A stretch of DNA of 64,000 bases from the NCBI GenBank assembly GCA_963826785.1, contig CAWGYD010000004.1, positions 192,001-256,000 on the forward strand, read 5' to 3'. The stretch is from an uncultured delta proteobacterium. GTDB lineage: Bacteria; Desulfobacterota; Desulfobacteria; Desulfobacterales; Desulfosalsimonadaceae. Shown here piece after piece: positions 18,887 to 29,988 of this stretch (position 1 is the stretch's first letter; every line of letters begins with the position of its first letter). The translations under genes and the position numbers were made by a program. The notes under the pieces are model-generated. The model was not told the origin of the DNA. It was given only the letters and a program-made list of their open reading frames with translations, and did not search any database.

Positions 18887-20348
18887 TTACAGCGCCGGCT
18901 TTTGTTTATGCCAGGAAGTGGCCTGTTCATAGCAGAAGGCCGCGTTCAGCAGGGCGGCTTCGTCAAAATGGTTTCCCATCAGCTGCAGCCCGATGGGCAG
19001 GCCGCCGCCGGAGAACCCGCAGGGGACCGACAGCCCCGGAATACCCGCCAGGTTGGCCGATATGGTGAATATATCGGACAGATACATCGTGAGCGGGTCG
19101 TCGGTGTTCTCCCCGATGGTGAAAGCGGGGGTGGGGGTCACCGGGGAAAGGATGATGTCGCATTTTTCAAAGGCGGCGGCAAAATCGCTGCGGATCAGGG
19201 TCCGGATCTGGGAGGCCTTGCCGTAGTAGGCATCATAATACCCTGCGGACAGGGCATACGTGCCCAGCAGGATGCGCCGCTGGACTTCGGCGCCGAACCC
19301 TTCCGAACGGGTGTTGTGGTACATCTCCATCAGGCTGCCGGCATCCGCCTGCCGGGTACCGTATTTGACCCCGTCATAGCGGGCCAGGTTGGAGCTGGCT
19401 TCGGCCGGGGCGATCATGTAGTACACGGCCACGCAGTATTCGGTGTGGGGCAGGGTGATGTCGACAAATTCGGCGCCGGCAGCGGACAGGACCTTCATGG
19501 CGCTTTCAATGGCCGATTTCACCTCCGGCGATATCCCTTCGGCCTGATGGTATTCCTTCGGGATGCCGATTTTCACGCCTCTGACATCGCCGGTAAGCGC
19601 GGCGCGGTAATCGGGCACCGGCCGGTCGACGGAGGTGGAATCCATGGGATCGTATCCGCATATGGACTGGAGCAGGATGGCCGCATCGGTCACGTCTTTG
19701 GCCAGAGGGCCGATCTGATCCAGAGAAGAGGCAAACGCCACCAGGCCGAACCGCGACACCCGGCCGTAGGTGGGTTTGACCCCCACCACCCCGCAGTGGG
19801 AGGCCGGCTGGCGAATGGAGCCGCCGGTGTCCGAACCCAAAGATCCCAGGCACATGTCTGCCGCCACTGCGGCCGCGGATCCGCCCGAGGACCCGCCGGG
19901 AACCCGGGTGGGGATCCCAGGGGTTTTTCGTGACGAAAAACCCTGAATTTTCCGTGGAGGAGCCCATGGCAAATTCATCCATGTTGACCTTGCCCACGCA
20001 GACGGCGCCGGCATCGTTGAGCTTTGAAGCCACGGTGGCATCATAGGGGGGAACAAAGTTTTCAAGTATTTTCGAGGCGCAGGTCGTGCGCACTCCCCGG
20101 GTGCAGATCAGGTCCTTTATTGAAAGGGGAATGCCGGTGAGCAGCCCGAAATTTCCGGCGGCAATGGCCGCATCGGCGTCATCTGCCGCCTTCAGGGCGG
20201 CTTCTTTGGTCACCGTGATATAGGCGTTGATCCGCCCGTCAACGGAATCGATCCGGTCGAGCACGGAGGAAACCAGATCCCGGCTGGATATCTCCTTTTT
20301 TTTCAGCCGGTCCAGGGCTTCATGGATGGTCAGCGTATACAATGGCAT
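18887..20348 (-). CDS. gatA: Asp/Glu-tRNA amidotransferase subunit A, +1 frameshift at about 19910-19913
   Basis: [27 protein letters not shown] then (shifted frame) [42 protein letters not shown]; extra C in a C4 run. Confidence 0.93.
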
Positions 20349-20390
20349 CAGGCGCCTTCCTTGCGTTAGATCAAAAAAATGTTTGGATTG

Positions 20391-20678
20391 TCACTCGATG
20401 ATCCGGGGAACGATAAAAAAACCCGCTTCACTTTCCGGGGCGTTGGCAAGGGCTTCTTTCTGTCCAAGGGAGACGCCCGGACGGTCCTCCCGGAAGGCAT
20501 TGGACAGATCCACGGCATGAGCGGTGGCGGCCACGCCAGAGGTGTCGATCCGGTTCAAGGTCTCCACATATTCGAGGATCTGTCCCAGCTGGCCGGCAAA
20601 ACGGTCGACATGGTGCTCATCAATTTCCAGCCGGGCCAGTTTGGCCACATGAAGGACTTCCGCCTTGGAGATTTTCAT
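20391..20678 (-). CDS. gatC: Asp/Glu-tRNA amidotransferase subunit C
   Basis: 95 aa, V.HVAKLARL...REDR...NAP...FF.VP; directly upstream of gatA. Confidence 0.95.
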   Translation of the reverse strand: MKISKAEVLHVAKLARLEIDEHHVDRFAGQLGQILEYVETLNRIDTSGVAATAHAVDLSNAFREDRPGVSLGQKEALANAPESEAGFFIVPRIIE

Positions 20679-20792
20679 TTACAATTCCTTGTTTTGAACA
20701 CTTCGGTGAATCGGCGAAAACGGCATGAGAACGATTTTGCCCAAGCCTTTTTTCCTGACCGTACCATTTACATTGAACGCACGCGCATGGCG

Positions 20793-21890
20793 TTACGGCT
20801 CAATCCGAAATACCAGACCATCCACACCGGCTTCTTTGAGGCTGCTGCAGTCCTTTTCCGCCATGGCCCGGTTCGGGTAGGGACCGATGCGGACGCGATA
20901 CCAGGTCACCCCTTTTATTTCGGAGCTCTGGGCGTATGCGGGATACCCCTTGGCCATAAATTTCTGCTTGACTGAATCGGCATTTTCCCTGTCCTGCAGT
21001 GAGGCCACCTGGATGGCATACGCGGGAGAAGCGGCATCGGGCGTATTCACCTCCGGGATGGTTTCAGCAGCGGGGCCGGGCGAAATGGTCGCGTCGGGTT
21101 CATCTACGACGGCGGGCTCGACAACCGCCGCGGTTTCGGGTAAAGCGGCAATCGATGGCGAAATGGTGGGTTCGGCTGCGCTTGCCGGTTTGGATTCGAC
21201 CGGTGCCGGGGTTTTTGCGGCCGGGGCCGGTGAATCGGCCGGTTTGGAAAATCGGGCGGTCTTGATCGTCATGACCGCCGGGGCTGTATGCTCGGTCGGT
21301 TCGCTCTCAGATGTTGCTGCCTGCGGCGCATCCGATGTTCCTGCCGCATCGGGCGCAAGCGATGGCGCTGTGGCAGCGGATTCGATGGCCCGGGTTGCGG
21401 AAGACGGCGCCGCGCCTGGTGTTTGGGCCAACTCAACTGAGGCGGCCTGGCCGGTTTCGGTAACGGCGGCCTCTTTTGCGCCCGATGTCTCGAGTTCATC
21501 CGCCGCAATGTCTTTTAGGGGGTCGGTCTTGGAAAACCTGGGCTTGATCACCGGCGGGACATACTGCTTGTAGATACTTGGCTTGTCCCCCGGCTCCTGG
21601 AGCTGGGTCAGCACGTCCATGGGCTGGGCAGCTCCTTTGCGAAACGGGCCTCTTTCCTTGAGCACGCTTTCTTTCAGGTTGCCCAGTTTTTCCTCCAGAT
21701 TGTCGATATCAAATCGCACCGGCAGGGTATTTCTTCCCACCAGGACGCCCAGGTAGAACATGGTGCCGGATATAATAAACAGCGTGAGCAGCCATCCCGA
21801 CCAGTTCTTCTTGTCGATGACCACAAAAGGCCGGGGCATGGGCCTGGGCGAAGGCTTTTTATCCGGGGGAATCGGCTTTTTTTCCGCCAT
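20793..21890 (-). CDS. SPOR-domain cell-division protein (FtsN/DedD-like)
   Basis: N-terminal TM (FYLGVLVGR), long Ala/Pro/Thr-rich linker, C-terminal YAIQVAS...WYRVRIGPY SPOR domain; follows argS. Confidence 0.82.
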   Translation of the reverse strand: MAEKKPIPPDKKPSPRPMPRPFVVIDKKNWSGWLLTLFIISGTMFYLGVLVGRNTLPVRFDIDNLEEKLGNLKESVLKERGPFRKGAAQPMDVLTQLQEPGDKPSIYKQYVPPVIKPRFSKTDPLKDIAADELETSGAKEAAVTETGQAASVELAQTPGAAPSSATRAIESAATAPSLAPDAAGTSDAPQAATSESEPTEHTAPAVMTIKTARFSKPADSPAPAAKTPAPVESKPASAAEPTISPSIAALPETAAVVEPAVVDEPDATISPGPAAETIPEVNTPDAASPAYAIQVASLQDRENADSVKQKFMAKGYPAYAQSSEIKGVTWYRVRIGPYPNRAMAEKDCSSLKEAGVDGLVFRIEP

Positions 21891-21900
21891 GGGGGTGCGC

Positions 21901-23565
21901 CTACATGGATTCGGGTGCTGAAACACCCAGCAGGTTCAGGCCATTTCGAATGACTTTCTGGACAGCGGTTATCAGATAGAGCCTTCCGGCAGTCATTTCG
22001 GGATCATCGGTCAACACACGGTGCTTATTATAGTACGCATGAAAGGCCGCCGCAAGCTCCATCAGGTAAAAAGCGATGCGGTGGGGTTCCAGCGCCTGGG
22101 CGCCGGCGGATATGGTGTCGGGATACCGGGCCAGGTGTTTGATCAGCTGAATCTCTTCGGGTTCGGTGATGCGTTTCACGGCCGCAGCGTCTGTATCCGT
22201 TGTTTCGATGCTCCGCTCCTCGGCCGCTTTTCTCCGGATGCTGGAAATGCGCGCGTGGACGTACTGGACATAATAGACCGGGTTGTCGTTGGTTTTGGCT
22301 TTGGCTACTTCCAAGTCGAAATCAAGGGGGCTGTCATAATGGCGGGTTAAAAAAATGAAGCGGGCCGCATCCGTTCCCACTTCATCCACAACCTCCCGCA
22401 GGGTCACGAATTTTCCCGCCCGGGTGGACATGGCGATCAAAGCCCCTTTGCGCAGCAGGTTGACCAGCTGCACCAGGATGACCGAAAATTGTGCGGGGTC
22501 TTTGCCCGATGCCTTGAGGGATGCGGCAATCCGGGGGATGTAGCCGTGATGGTCCGCGCCCCACACATCGATGATCCGGTCGAATCCCCGGTCGAACTTG
22601 TCCTGGTGATAGGCGATATCCGGTGCAAAATAAGTGGTCTGGCCATTTCCGCGCACCACCACCCGGTCCTTTTCATCGCCGAACGCCGAGGTCTTGAACC
22701 AAAGCGCCCCCTCCTGCTCATAGATCAGCCCTTTTTCGCGGAAGTTTTCGATTGCGGCCGCCACTTTTCCGGAGTCAAAAAGGCTCTGCTCACTGTACCA
22801 GTTGTCAAATTCCACCCCCAGAAGTGCCAGGTCCTCTTTGATTCCCAGCATGATTTCGGATGCGGCAAACCGGGCGCAGAAATTCATGGCAGCATCTTCG
22901 GGTTGAGCAAGATACTCCGGGTGCGCCTTTTGGACCTGCCTGGCGATATCGTAGATGTAATCGCCCTGGTAGCAGTCTTCCGGAAAGGAGACGGTTTCTC
23001 CGGAAAGCGCTTTGCACCGCAGGTATACGGATCGGCCCAGGGTCTGGATCTGGCGGCCCGAGTCGTTGATGTAGTATTCGCGAAACACGTCATACCCGCA
23101 GAAAGATAGAAGCGCGGCGGTTGCATCCCCGACCACCGCACCCCGGCCGTGGCCCACATGAAGCGGACCGGTGGGGTTGGCGCTGACAAACTCCACCTGC
23201 ACCCGCTGCCCCCGGCCCATGTCCGAGGCGCCGTAATCACTGTTTTTTTGATAAATTTCCGCCAGCACCGGGTGCCAGGCCGATGCCCGGATAAAGAAGT
23301 TGATAAATCCCGGGCCGGCAATTTCGGTTCTGGAAATGATATTTTCCGGGTCATCCAGGTGCGAAACGATCGCCTCGGCGATCTTTCGGGGGGGCATTTT
23401 CTGGCCGGCGGCATTGACCATGGCGAAATTGGTGGCAAAATCCCCGTGAGTGGCGATCTTCGGCTCATCGATGTCGCCGGGCAAAAAAGCGGCGCTTTTG
23501 AGGGCGCCGTCGTCAAGGGCGCGTCCGGCCGCCTGTTGGATCAGGTTCTGAAGTTTATCTTTCAT
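21901..23565 (-). CDS. argS: Arginine--tRNA ligase
   Basis: [57 protein letters not shown]. Confidence 0.97.
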   Translation of the reverse strand: MKDKLQNLIQQAAGRALDDGALKSAAFLPGDIDEPKIATHGDFATNFAMVNAAGQKMPPRKIAEAIVSHLDDPENIISRTEIAGPGFINFFIRASAWHPVLAEIYQKNSDYGASDMGRGQRVQVEFVSANPTGPLHVGHGRGAVVGDATAALLSFCGYDVFREYYINDSGRQIQTLGRSVYLRCKALSGETVSFPEDCYQGDYIYDIARQVQKAHPEYLAQPEDAAMNFCARFAASEIMLGIKEDLALLGVEFDNWYSEQSLFDSGKVAAAIENFREKGLIYEQEGALWFKTSAFGDEKDRVVVRGNGQTTYFAPDIAYHQDKFDRGFDRIIDVWGADHHGYIPRIAASLKASGKDPAQFSVILVQLVNLLRKGALIAMSTRAGKFVTLREVVDEVGTDAARFIFLTRHYDSPLDFDLEVAKAKTNDNPVYYVQYVHARISSIRRKAAEERSIETTDTDAAAVKRITEPEEIQLIKHLARYPDTISAGAQALEPHRIAFYLMELAAAFHAYYNKHRVLTDDPEMTAGRLYLITAVQKVIRNGLNLLGVSAPESM

Positions 23566-23686
23566 GACACAAGTTTTTCGGGTTGAAGGGTCAGGTCCAG
23601 GTCGTTAAAACTTCATTTTATAAGAAATTTGCCCGCTCAAGTCAAGGATGCATTCAGGAGCGCAAGGCGGGGTCAGGCCAATATCA

Positions 23687-24352
23687 TCATATCGGTATTT
23701 GGCTAAGCTTGTTCAGAAGGGGGCGAATTTTTTCCTGGTGTTCGGGGTAAATCATCAGCACGGGGATGGGGCGGTTTGGAATCAGGCCGCTGTCCGCCGC
23801 TTCTTTCAGATCTTGCCCTGTCAGGTAAAGGAGCATATCTGCGATGTTTCCCGTGTGCCCGGACGGATCCAGGTGCTCGATGAACTGGAGAAACAGGGTG
23901 TTGACCGAAAGGGTGAATTCATCGATTACCGCAGCCCCTGTGGGTTCACAGCGCGCGGTGGAGAGCATGCACCGGCATCCGAACGGGCGCAGCGCATATA
24001 TGGAACATATCCCATCGGTCAGCAGCGGGCAGGATCCCCAGGCGGGATCGATGGCTTCTTCGGGCGGCGCTTTGCGGGAAAGGCACATCTCGGCCATCTG
24101 GTTGGTGGTGACTTTCGGAATAAAGCGGGGATCCTTCAATCGGGATTGTATCCGGGCGCGCAGGGCGCTGATCCGGGGCGCATCCATTTCGGAAAGGATC
24201 AGCCGGGCCTCGACGCGGGTCAGGGTGATGTTGCAGGTGCAGCAGGTTGCGCAATATTTTTCACAGGCCGTGTTCAGGGATCGGGCATGCGCGTCATAGA
24301 GCGCATAAATTTTTTGAAGGGCGGCAATTTGCCGTTTGATATCGATTTCCAT
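23687..24352 (-). CDS. YkgJ-like CxxxCxxCC Fe-S/zinc protein
   Basis: ACEKYCATCC, CPLL..G.CSIY.LRPFGCR. Confidence 0.7.
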   Translation of the reverse strand: MEIDIKRQIAALQKIYALYDAHARSLNTACEKYCATCCTCNITLTRVEARLILSEMDAPRISALRARIQSRLKDPRFIPKVTTNQMAEMCLSRKAPPEEAIDPAWGSCPLLTDGICSIYALRPFGCRCMLSTARCEPTGAAVIDEFTLSVNTLFLQFIEHLDPSGHTGNIADMLLYLTGQDLKEAADSGLIPNRPIPVLMIYPEHQEKIRPLLNKLSQIPI

Positions 24353-24404
24353 GGAGACGCGATACCAGAAAAAGAGGTGCGGGTCAACGAAGGGGTATGA
24401 AGAA

Positions 24405-25007
24405 TCAGTCGGCGGTTCTGAACACGGAATAGTATTTTAACACTTTGCTGACGTAATTTTCCGTTTCCGGGTAGGGGGGAATGCAGTTGTAGCGCTCCAC
24501 TGCCCCGGGGCCCGCATTGTAGGCGGCCAGGCAGAGTTCGATATCGTCGAATTTTTCCATCATTCTGCGCAGGTATCGGGCGCCGGCCATGATGTTTTCC
24601 TCGGGATCGAAGGGATCTCCGACATTCAGGAGCGCCACGTTGGCCGGCATGATCTGCATGAGCCCCATGGCGCCGGCCCGGGAGACGGCGGTGGGATTGA
24701 AATTGGATTCCACCCGGATGATGGCCTTTAACAGTTCGAAGGGGACGTCATAACGCTGGGCGGCTTTCCGGATCAGGGGATCATAGCGATGGATGCTGCC
24801 GCCTTCGTAAAAATAGACCGGTGCAAAACGGGTTTCCGAACTGTAATGACGGTACCGGGAAGAGGTGGGCGCGTTGCTGAAATGCATGACGCCATTTTCA
24901 TCCACATAGGAATAGATTTCAGCGGACAAATGGGCCGACGGCAGCGCCATGGCCAGAATCAGGAGCATCGGGATCAGCTTGAACGCATATCGAAGTTTGA
25001 TCTGCAT
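24405..25007 (-). CDS. Lytic transglycosylase (SLT) with N-terminal DUF4124-like segment
   Basis: Signal peptide, IYSYVDENGVMHFSN, VESNF, GAMGLMQIMP, AAYNAG, ETENYV. Confidence 0.9.
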   Translation of the reverse strand: MQIKLRYAFKLIPMLLILAMALPSAHLSAEIYSYVDENGVMHFSNAPTSSRYRHYSSETRFAPVYFYEGGSIHRYDPLIRKAAQRYDVPFELLKAIIRVESNFNPTAVSRAGAMGLMQIMPANVALLNVGDPFDPEENIMAGARYLRRMMEKFDDIELCLAAYNAGPGAVERYNCIPPYPETENYVSKVLKYYSVFRTAD

Positions 25008-25223
25008 CCGGGTCGTTTCGAATTTTTCGGCCTAATCCGCAGGGATGGGCCCGGTTGATGCCAGATATCGATGAAGCGGTTCTATTTTTATCAACTCGAA
25101 ATACCTTTTTTTTCTTACCTGTTTAATTTTCTTATAAATGACTTCAATGGCGGATGTCAATTCCGAATTTAGGAGGGCCGACTAAATGTACGGACGTGCG
25201 GAAACCATAAAAATGAAATATCA

Positions 25224-26146
25224 TCAAAGTTCTTCGGGGGTAAAGGCGACGACCTCGTCGATATTTTCAGCCCCGGACAGCAGCATGACCAGGCGGTCGA
25301 TGCCCATGGCGTTTCCCGCGGCGGCGGGCATGTCCGCCAGGGCGCTGTAAAAAGGCCTCCGGCATGGGCGGGACCGGCTGGCCTGAGCGGCGCCGGCGCT
25401 CCAGTTCGTCTCCAAAATTCTTCCGCTGTATTTCCGGATCGGTCAGTTCCGTAAACCCGTTGCAAAGCTCCATCCCGGCGATGAACAGTTCGAAGCGCTG
25501 TCCGGCGGCGGGATCATGGGGGTGTGCTTTGGCCAGTGTGCATCTGTCTTTTGGAAAATCCATCAGGAACACGGGCCGGCTGTTGCCCAGGTTCGGTTCG
25601 ATCTCAAAGGCGATGGCTTCGTCAAATGTGTCCTGCTGCAATGCCTTTTGGACATCGGTCCGGGTAAATTGCAGAAAGGCGTCCGCAACGCGCAGCCGGG
25701 GCCAGGGAGGCTTCATGTCGATTGCCTTTTGCCCGTAGCGAAGAACGTGGCCCAATCCGAGGCGTCCGCAGACATGGCCGAACAGGTCTTCGCAGTGACG
25801 CATCAGATCATAATAGTCGGATTCGGCCGCATACCACTCCAGCATGGTGAACTCTTCCAGGTGCCGGCTTCCCCGCTCCCCCTGGCGGAAACACTTGCAG
25901 ATCTGGAAAATTTTATCGTAGCCCGCCGCCAGCAGCCGCTTCATGTACAGCTCCGGGGAGGTTTGGAGAAATCCGTTTCCGGCGCGAACCGGATCGATGT
26001 AGGGTTCGGGGGCCGGCGCCGGTATCCGGATGGGCGTTTCCACCTCCAGGTACCCGTTCTCGGATAAAAAAATCCCGGATGAGCTGAATCACCCGGGCCC
26101 GGAGCGCAAGGTTTTGCTTAATCAGGGTTTGTCTGGCTGTGTGCAT
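25224..26146 (-). CDS. epmA: EF-P lysine aminoacylase EpmA/GenX, two +1 frameshifts (about 26069 and 25350)
   Basis: LRARVIQLIRDF / GYLEVETP / LQTSPELYMKRLLAAG, FRQGE, H..EFTMLEWY, RFELFIAG.ELCNGF.ELTD / MP.AAGNAMGIDRLVMLL spread over three frames. Confidence 0.88.
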
Positions 26147-26172
26147 GCGCAGAAATGGGGCAAATGAGCCAT

Positions 26173-27495
26173 TTATGGACGGGCACGACGGATCTGGTAG
26201 TCATCCTCCACCCGGTCCTGCAGGACGATGTGGTCGTATTCTTCCGGGTCGGCGGCGTTGAACCAGGAAAAACCCTGGTCCTGGCAGGCGGCGCAAGCCT
26301 TGCGGGGGATGTGGACGGCCAGGATGCGCTGCCCGTTGTCGCAGCTGGAATCAATTTTCAAGACGCCGCTGCAGTCATTGCAGATGCGCAGGGATTCGTA
26401 CTGGGTTTCGGACAGGCCGTCGGTGTCGTAGAAAATGCTTCTGCGCCGGTCGGCGAATTTCTTGGTCCCCCGCATGTGTTCCCGGATGTGTTGCTGCTGG
26501 CGCCAATTGTTGAGCACGGTCTCGCCGGTTCTTTCGATCACCTGGGTGATCTGGCCGGTCTGGCGCAGTTTTTCATGATCGTAGCCCGGTTCCTTCACCT
26601 TGGAGTAGTCGACCCCGGCCATGGCCAGGATGATCCCCACGTTCACGTAGGGAAGCGCCCCTTCGATGGAATAACCTCCTTCCAGCACGGCGATGTCCGG
26701 CTTGAGCAGGCGGGTCAGGTCCGCATACCCCTGGGCGGAAAACTGCATGTTGGTCAGCGGGTCGGTGAAATGGTTGTCCTGGCCGGCGGAATTGATGATC
26801 AGATCGGGCTTGAACTCATCCAAAATGGGCAGGACCACATGTTCGATGACGTACAGGAATCCTTCCTCGGAAGTATGCGGCGGCAGGGGAATGTTTAAGG
26901 TTGTGCCGGCGGCAGACGGCCCCCCCAGTTCTTCGGTAAAGCCGGTTCCCGGATACAGGGTACGGCCGTCCTGGTGGATGGACACATAGAGGGTGTCCGG
27001 GTCATGCCAGTAGATGTCCTGGGTGCCGTCCCCATGGTGGCAGTCGGTATCGATGATGGCCACCCGGTCGATGCCGTACTGCTTTCGGAGAAATTCCACC
27101 ATGATGGCTTCGTTGTTGACGTTGCAGAACCCTCTGCCGCCGTGCACCACCCGCATGGCGTGGTGGCCCGGGGGCCGGACCAGGGCGAATCCCCGCTCGA
27201 TCTGTTTTTCCATGACCGCCCGGGCGATGGTCTTTGCCCCGCCCGCACTGATGAAATGCGATTCGGTCATCACGCTTTTGGCATCCGGCACGCAGAAATG
27301 GACCCGCTGGACATCTGCGATCTCCACCACCTCGGCCTTGTATTCCGTGATGCCGTCGATATCGAACAATCCCTCTTCCAGGACCTGGTCCTGGGTATAC
27401 AGCAGCCGCTCCTCTCTTTCCGGATGCGTGGGGCTGATGGCCCAGTCGAATGCCGGAAAGAAAATCAGGCCGGTTTTATGTCTGGCGTACAGCAT
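26173..27495 (-). CDS. Histone deacetylase-family protein with C-terminal Cys-rich extension
   Basis: HPE.EERL, RPPGHHA, GFC, DTDCHHGDGTQ, SIHQ, YPGTG, SAGQD, LEGGY; C-terminal CNDC/CAAC. Confidence 0.9.
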   Translation of the reverse strand: MLYARHKTGLIFFPAFDWAISPTHPEREERLLYTQDQVLEEGLFDIDGITEYKAEVVEIADVQRVHFCVPDAKSVMTESHFISAGGAKTIARAVMEKQIERGFALVRPPGHHAMRVVHGGRGFCNVNNEAIMVEFLRKQYGIDRVAIIDTDCHHGDGTQDIYWHDPDTLYVSIHQDGRTLYPGTGFTEELGGPSAAGTTLNIPLPPHTSEEGFLYVIEHVVLPILDEFKPDLIINSAGQDNHFTDPLTNMQFSAQGYADLTRLLKPDIAVLEGGYSIEGALPYVNVGIILAMAGVDYSKVKEPGYDHEKLRQTGQITQVIERTGETVLNNWRQQQHIREHMRGTKKFADRRRSIFYDTDGLSETQYESLRICNDCSGVLKIDSSCDNGQRILAVHIPRKACAACQDQGFSWFNAADPEEYDHIVLQDRVEDDYQIRRARP

Positions 27496-27541
27496 GAAAA
27501 GCTCTCCCGAATTGTGGGTCGCTGAAAAAATTTTTGATTAT

Positions 27542-29239
27542 TTAAGTCGGCGCCGTTTCCTGCCGCAGGCGGTTGGTGACCGTCTGGGAGCGATGAATCA
27601 GGCCCGGCTTGACCTGGAGTTTGATCCGGATATTTTTTCCCGTCAGCCGGAATCCGCGCACCATGTTGAATTCCAGTTCTTCCAGGACTTCAATTTCCAG
27701 GTCTTTGGCATCCGCGCCCGTTTTCATGGCCTTTTCCATGAGGAGGCGGCGCGCCATCTCCATTGCGTCTTTCCGGGTGAACCCGGATTTGACGGGTTCA
27801 GAAAAATCTTCCTCCGGTGCGAGGGCCACCCCTTTCTGTGTATTGACAAAAAGCGTCACCTCGCAGGTGGTGCGCGCCAGGGCGGTGCCGATGGCATTTG
27901 CCACCGACCACGCGGGGATGACGGAGACCGAATAGTCGGAGACATGCCGGAGGTGTTCGGCAAAAAAGGGTGCCGGCCCCCCCAGCACCAGGATTTTCTT
28001 CGGGTGGACCTGGTGCCCGTGCAGCGCCTCGCGTATGGTATACACCGGCTTGTTGTTGATCTGGGCCACCATATCATCGGCAGATCTCAAAATTTCCCGG
28101 CAGGCCTGGTCGAAAATTTTTTCGGCGGCTTCCTCTACTGTAATATGGAGCATTTCAGCGATGGGGGCAATCCCGGCGAGCGCGTTTTCCCGGCTGCCGC
28201 CCTCGCCCTTGCCCAGCACGAACAGCGCATCCGTGGGCGTGGGCAGTGAGCCGCCATAGGCCATGGCAGGCCCTGTCCGTTCGGGGCCGATCATGATCCG
28301 GCCGTCTTCCAGGCGGACGGTGCTGTCGCCCCCGATGGGAATGGAATAGGTATTCAACGCGCGGATCAGGGTCTTGTATCCGCCCAGTTCGATGCCCATG
28401 GGTGAAAGGAGCGGGACGCCCCGGATGAGCACGGCCATGTCGGTGGTGGTGCCGCCGATGTCCATGACAATGGTTTCCGCATCCGGGTCGGCAAAGGCTA
28501 TGGATCCCATGACAGAAGCCGACGGTCCCGAGAGGATGGATTGACCGGGAAAATCGATGGAGGTATCGAAATCCATGGTGCCGCCGTCGGCTTTCAGGAT
28601 ATAGATGGGGATGGTAATCCCTTTTTGGACCAAAGAAGACTTGACCGCTTCGAAGAATTTTTTGTGCACCGGGTACACCGATGCGTTCAAGAACGTCGTG
28701 TGAATCCGCCGGGGGAAGCTGAGCTGGCCGGAAATCCGGTGGCCGTAGAAAATTTTGTCCACGTACGGCTTTAAGATCTCTCCAATCTGCTGTTCGTGGG
28801 CGGGGTTCCGGGCGGAAAATTTTCCCACCACCCCCACCTGGGAAATGCCGGCGTCCTTGAAACGGAGGGCGATTTGCCGGATTTCATCTTCGTCGACGGC
28901 TTCGATTTCTCTGCCCCCGTGATCGATGGAGCCGGCCACGGGATAATAATCGGGGTTGGTGCGGAATGCCTCCGGGTCGATCCCGGGGCCGCTCGATACA
29001 ATCATGCCCACGGGGGGAAGTTTGTGCTGGGCAATGGCATTGGTGGTCAGGGTCGTGCTGAGGACCGCATGCCGGATTTGGGTGGGCGCAATCCCCGCGG
29101 TGATTTTTTCCAGTCCGGTCAGGACCGTCTGAAAAAGCGCCGAGGTGTCGGTGAGGACTTTCACCTGCCGTTCAAGACCGTTTCGTCCCACCAGGACGAC
29201 ATCCGTGTGCGTGCCGCCGACGTCCAGTCCGATGATCAT
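27542..29239 (-). CDS. Hydantoinase/oxoprolinase (HyuA-like) family protein
   Basis: IGLDVGGTHTD, STTLTTNA, SILSGPSAS, DIGGTTTD, IGGDS, PTPTDA, VANAIG. Confidence 0.9.
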   Translation of the reverse strand: MIIGLDVGGTHTDVVLVGRNGLERQVKVLTDTSALFQTVLTGLEKITAGIAPTQIRHAVLSTTLTTNAIAQHKLPPVGMIVSSGPGIDPEAFRTNPDYYPVAGSIDHGGREIEAVDEDEIRQIALRFKDAGISQVGVVGKFSARNPAHEQQIGEILKPYVDKIFYGHRISGQLSFPRRIHTTFLNASVYPVHKKFFEAVKSSLVQKGITIPIYILKADGGTMDFDTSIDFPGQSILSGPSASVMGSIAFADPDAETIVMDIGGTTTDMAVLIRGVPLLSPMGIELGGYKTLIRALNTYSIPIGGDSTVRLEDGRIMIGPERTGPAMAYGGSLPTPTDALFVLGKGEGGSRENALAGIAPIAEMLHITVEEAAEKIFDQACREILRSADDMVAQINNKPVYTIREALHGHQVHPKKILVLGGPAPFFAEHLRHVSDYSVSVIPAWSVANAIGTALARTTCEVTLFVNTQKGVALAPEEDFSEPVKSGFTRKDAMEMARRLLMEKAMKTGADAKDLEIEVLEELEFNMVRGFRLTGKNIRIKLQVKPGLIHRSQTVTNRLRQETAPT

Positions 29240-29469
29240 GGGATATCCTTATATGATGTGCGCGAAATCATGCGCACGATGGAAGCGGAGAAGGGGGCGG
29301 AAAGAGATCCGTTCATCCTGTCCTTTTTATAAAATTGCTGTTGTCATGGCATTTTAATTATCAATATCCAATAAGCCTTACCTTGTCAATACGCCTGTGC
29401 CGCCCAGCCGCCGGCAGGCGGGCGTATTCTTTTCTTGGTTTTAAGTCAATGAATTGATATAAAAAAATT

Positions 29470-29988
29470 ATGTCTGATACCCATTTCATGTCAAAAGCGA
29501 TCGAACAGGCCAAGCGCGCGTATCGGGCCGGCGAGTTTCCGGTGGGGTGCGTCATCGCCGATGGAAAAGCGGTCCTGGCCGAAGGCTTCCGGGTGAGCAC
29601 CCGGGGCCGGCATCAAAACGAGATCGATCATGCGGAAATTAACGCACTGCGGAACCTCACGCAGACGCAGGCCGCATTCTGCCTGGAAGATCTGACCCTG
29701 TATGCCACCATGGAGCCCTGCCTGATGTGCTTTGCGGCCACTCTGCTCACCGGCATCCGGCGGATCGTGTATGCATATGAAGATGCCATGGGCGGGGGGA
29801 CCGCCTGTGACCTGGACCGGCTGCCACCGCTGTACCGGGAGCGTCGGCCCACCATCGTTTCCCATGTTCTGCGCGAAAAGAGTCTTGAACTTTTTCAGCG
29901 TTATTTTGCCGACCCGGAAAACGCCTACTGGCGGGGAAGCCCCCTGGCCCAATATACCCTGGCCCAGAAACGGCGGGATCAGCCATGA
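29470..29988 (+). CDS. Zinc-dependent nucleoside deaminase (TadA-like)
   Basis: GEFPVG, HAE, LYATMEPCLMC; stop overlaps the glnE start (ATGA). Confidence 0.82.
   Translation: MSDTHFMSKAIEQAKRAYRAGEFPVGCVIADGKAVLAEGFRVSTRGRHQNEIDHAEINALRNLTQTQAAFCLEDLTLYATMEPCLMCFAATLLTGIRRIVYAYEDAMGGGTACDLDRLPPLYRERRPTIVSHVLREKSLELFQRYFADPENAYWRGSPLAQYTLAQKRRDQP

Noticed and set aside
19900..19920. Programmed frameshift in gatA (and epmA, rnd)
   Set aside because: No shared slippery heptamer or stimulatory structure; scattered indels are better explained by sequencing error
20990..21500. Low-complexity Ala/Pro/Thr stretch as a repeat element
   Set aside because: Ordinary disordered linker of a SPOR-domain protein
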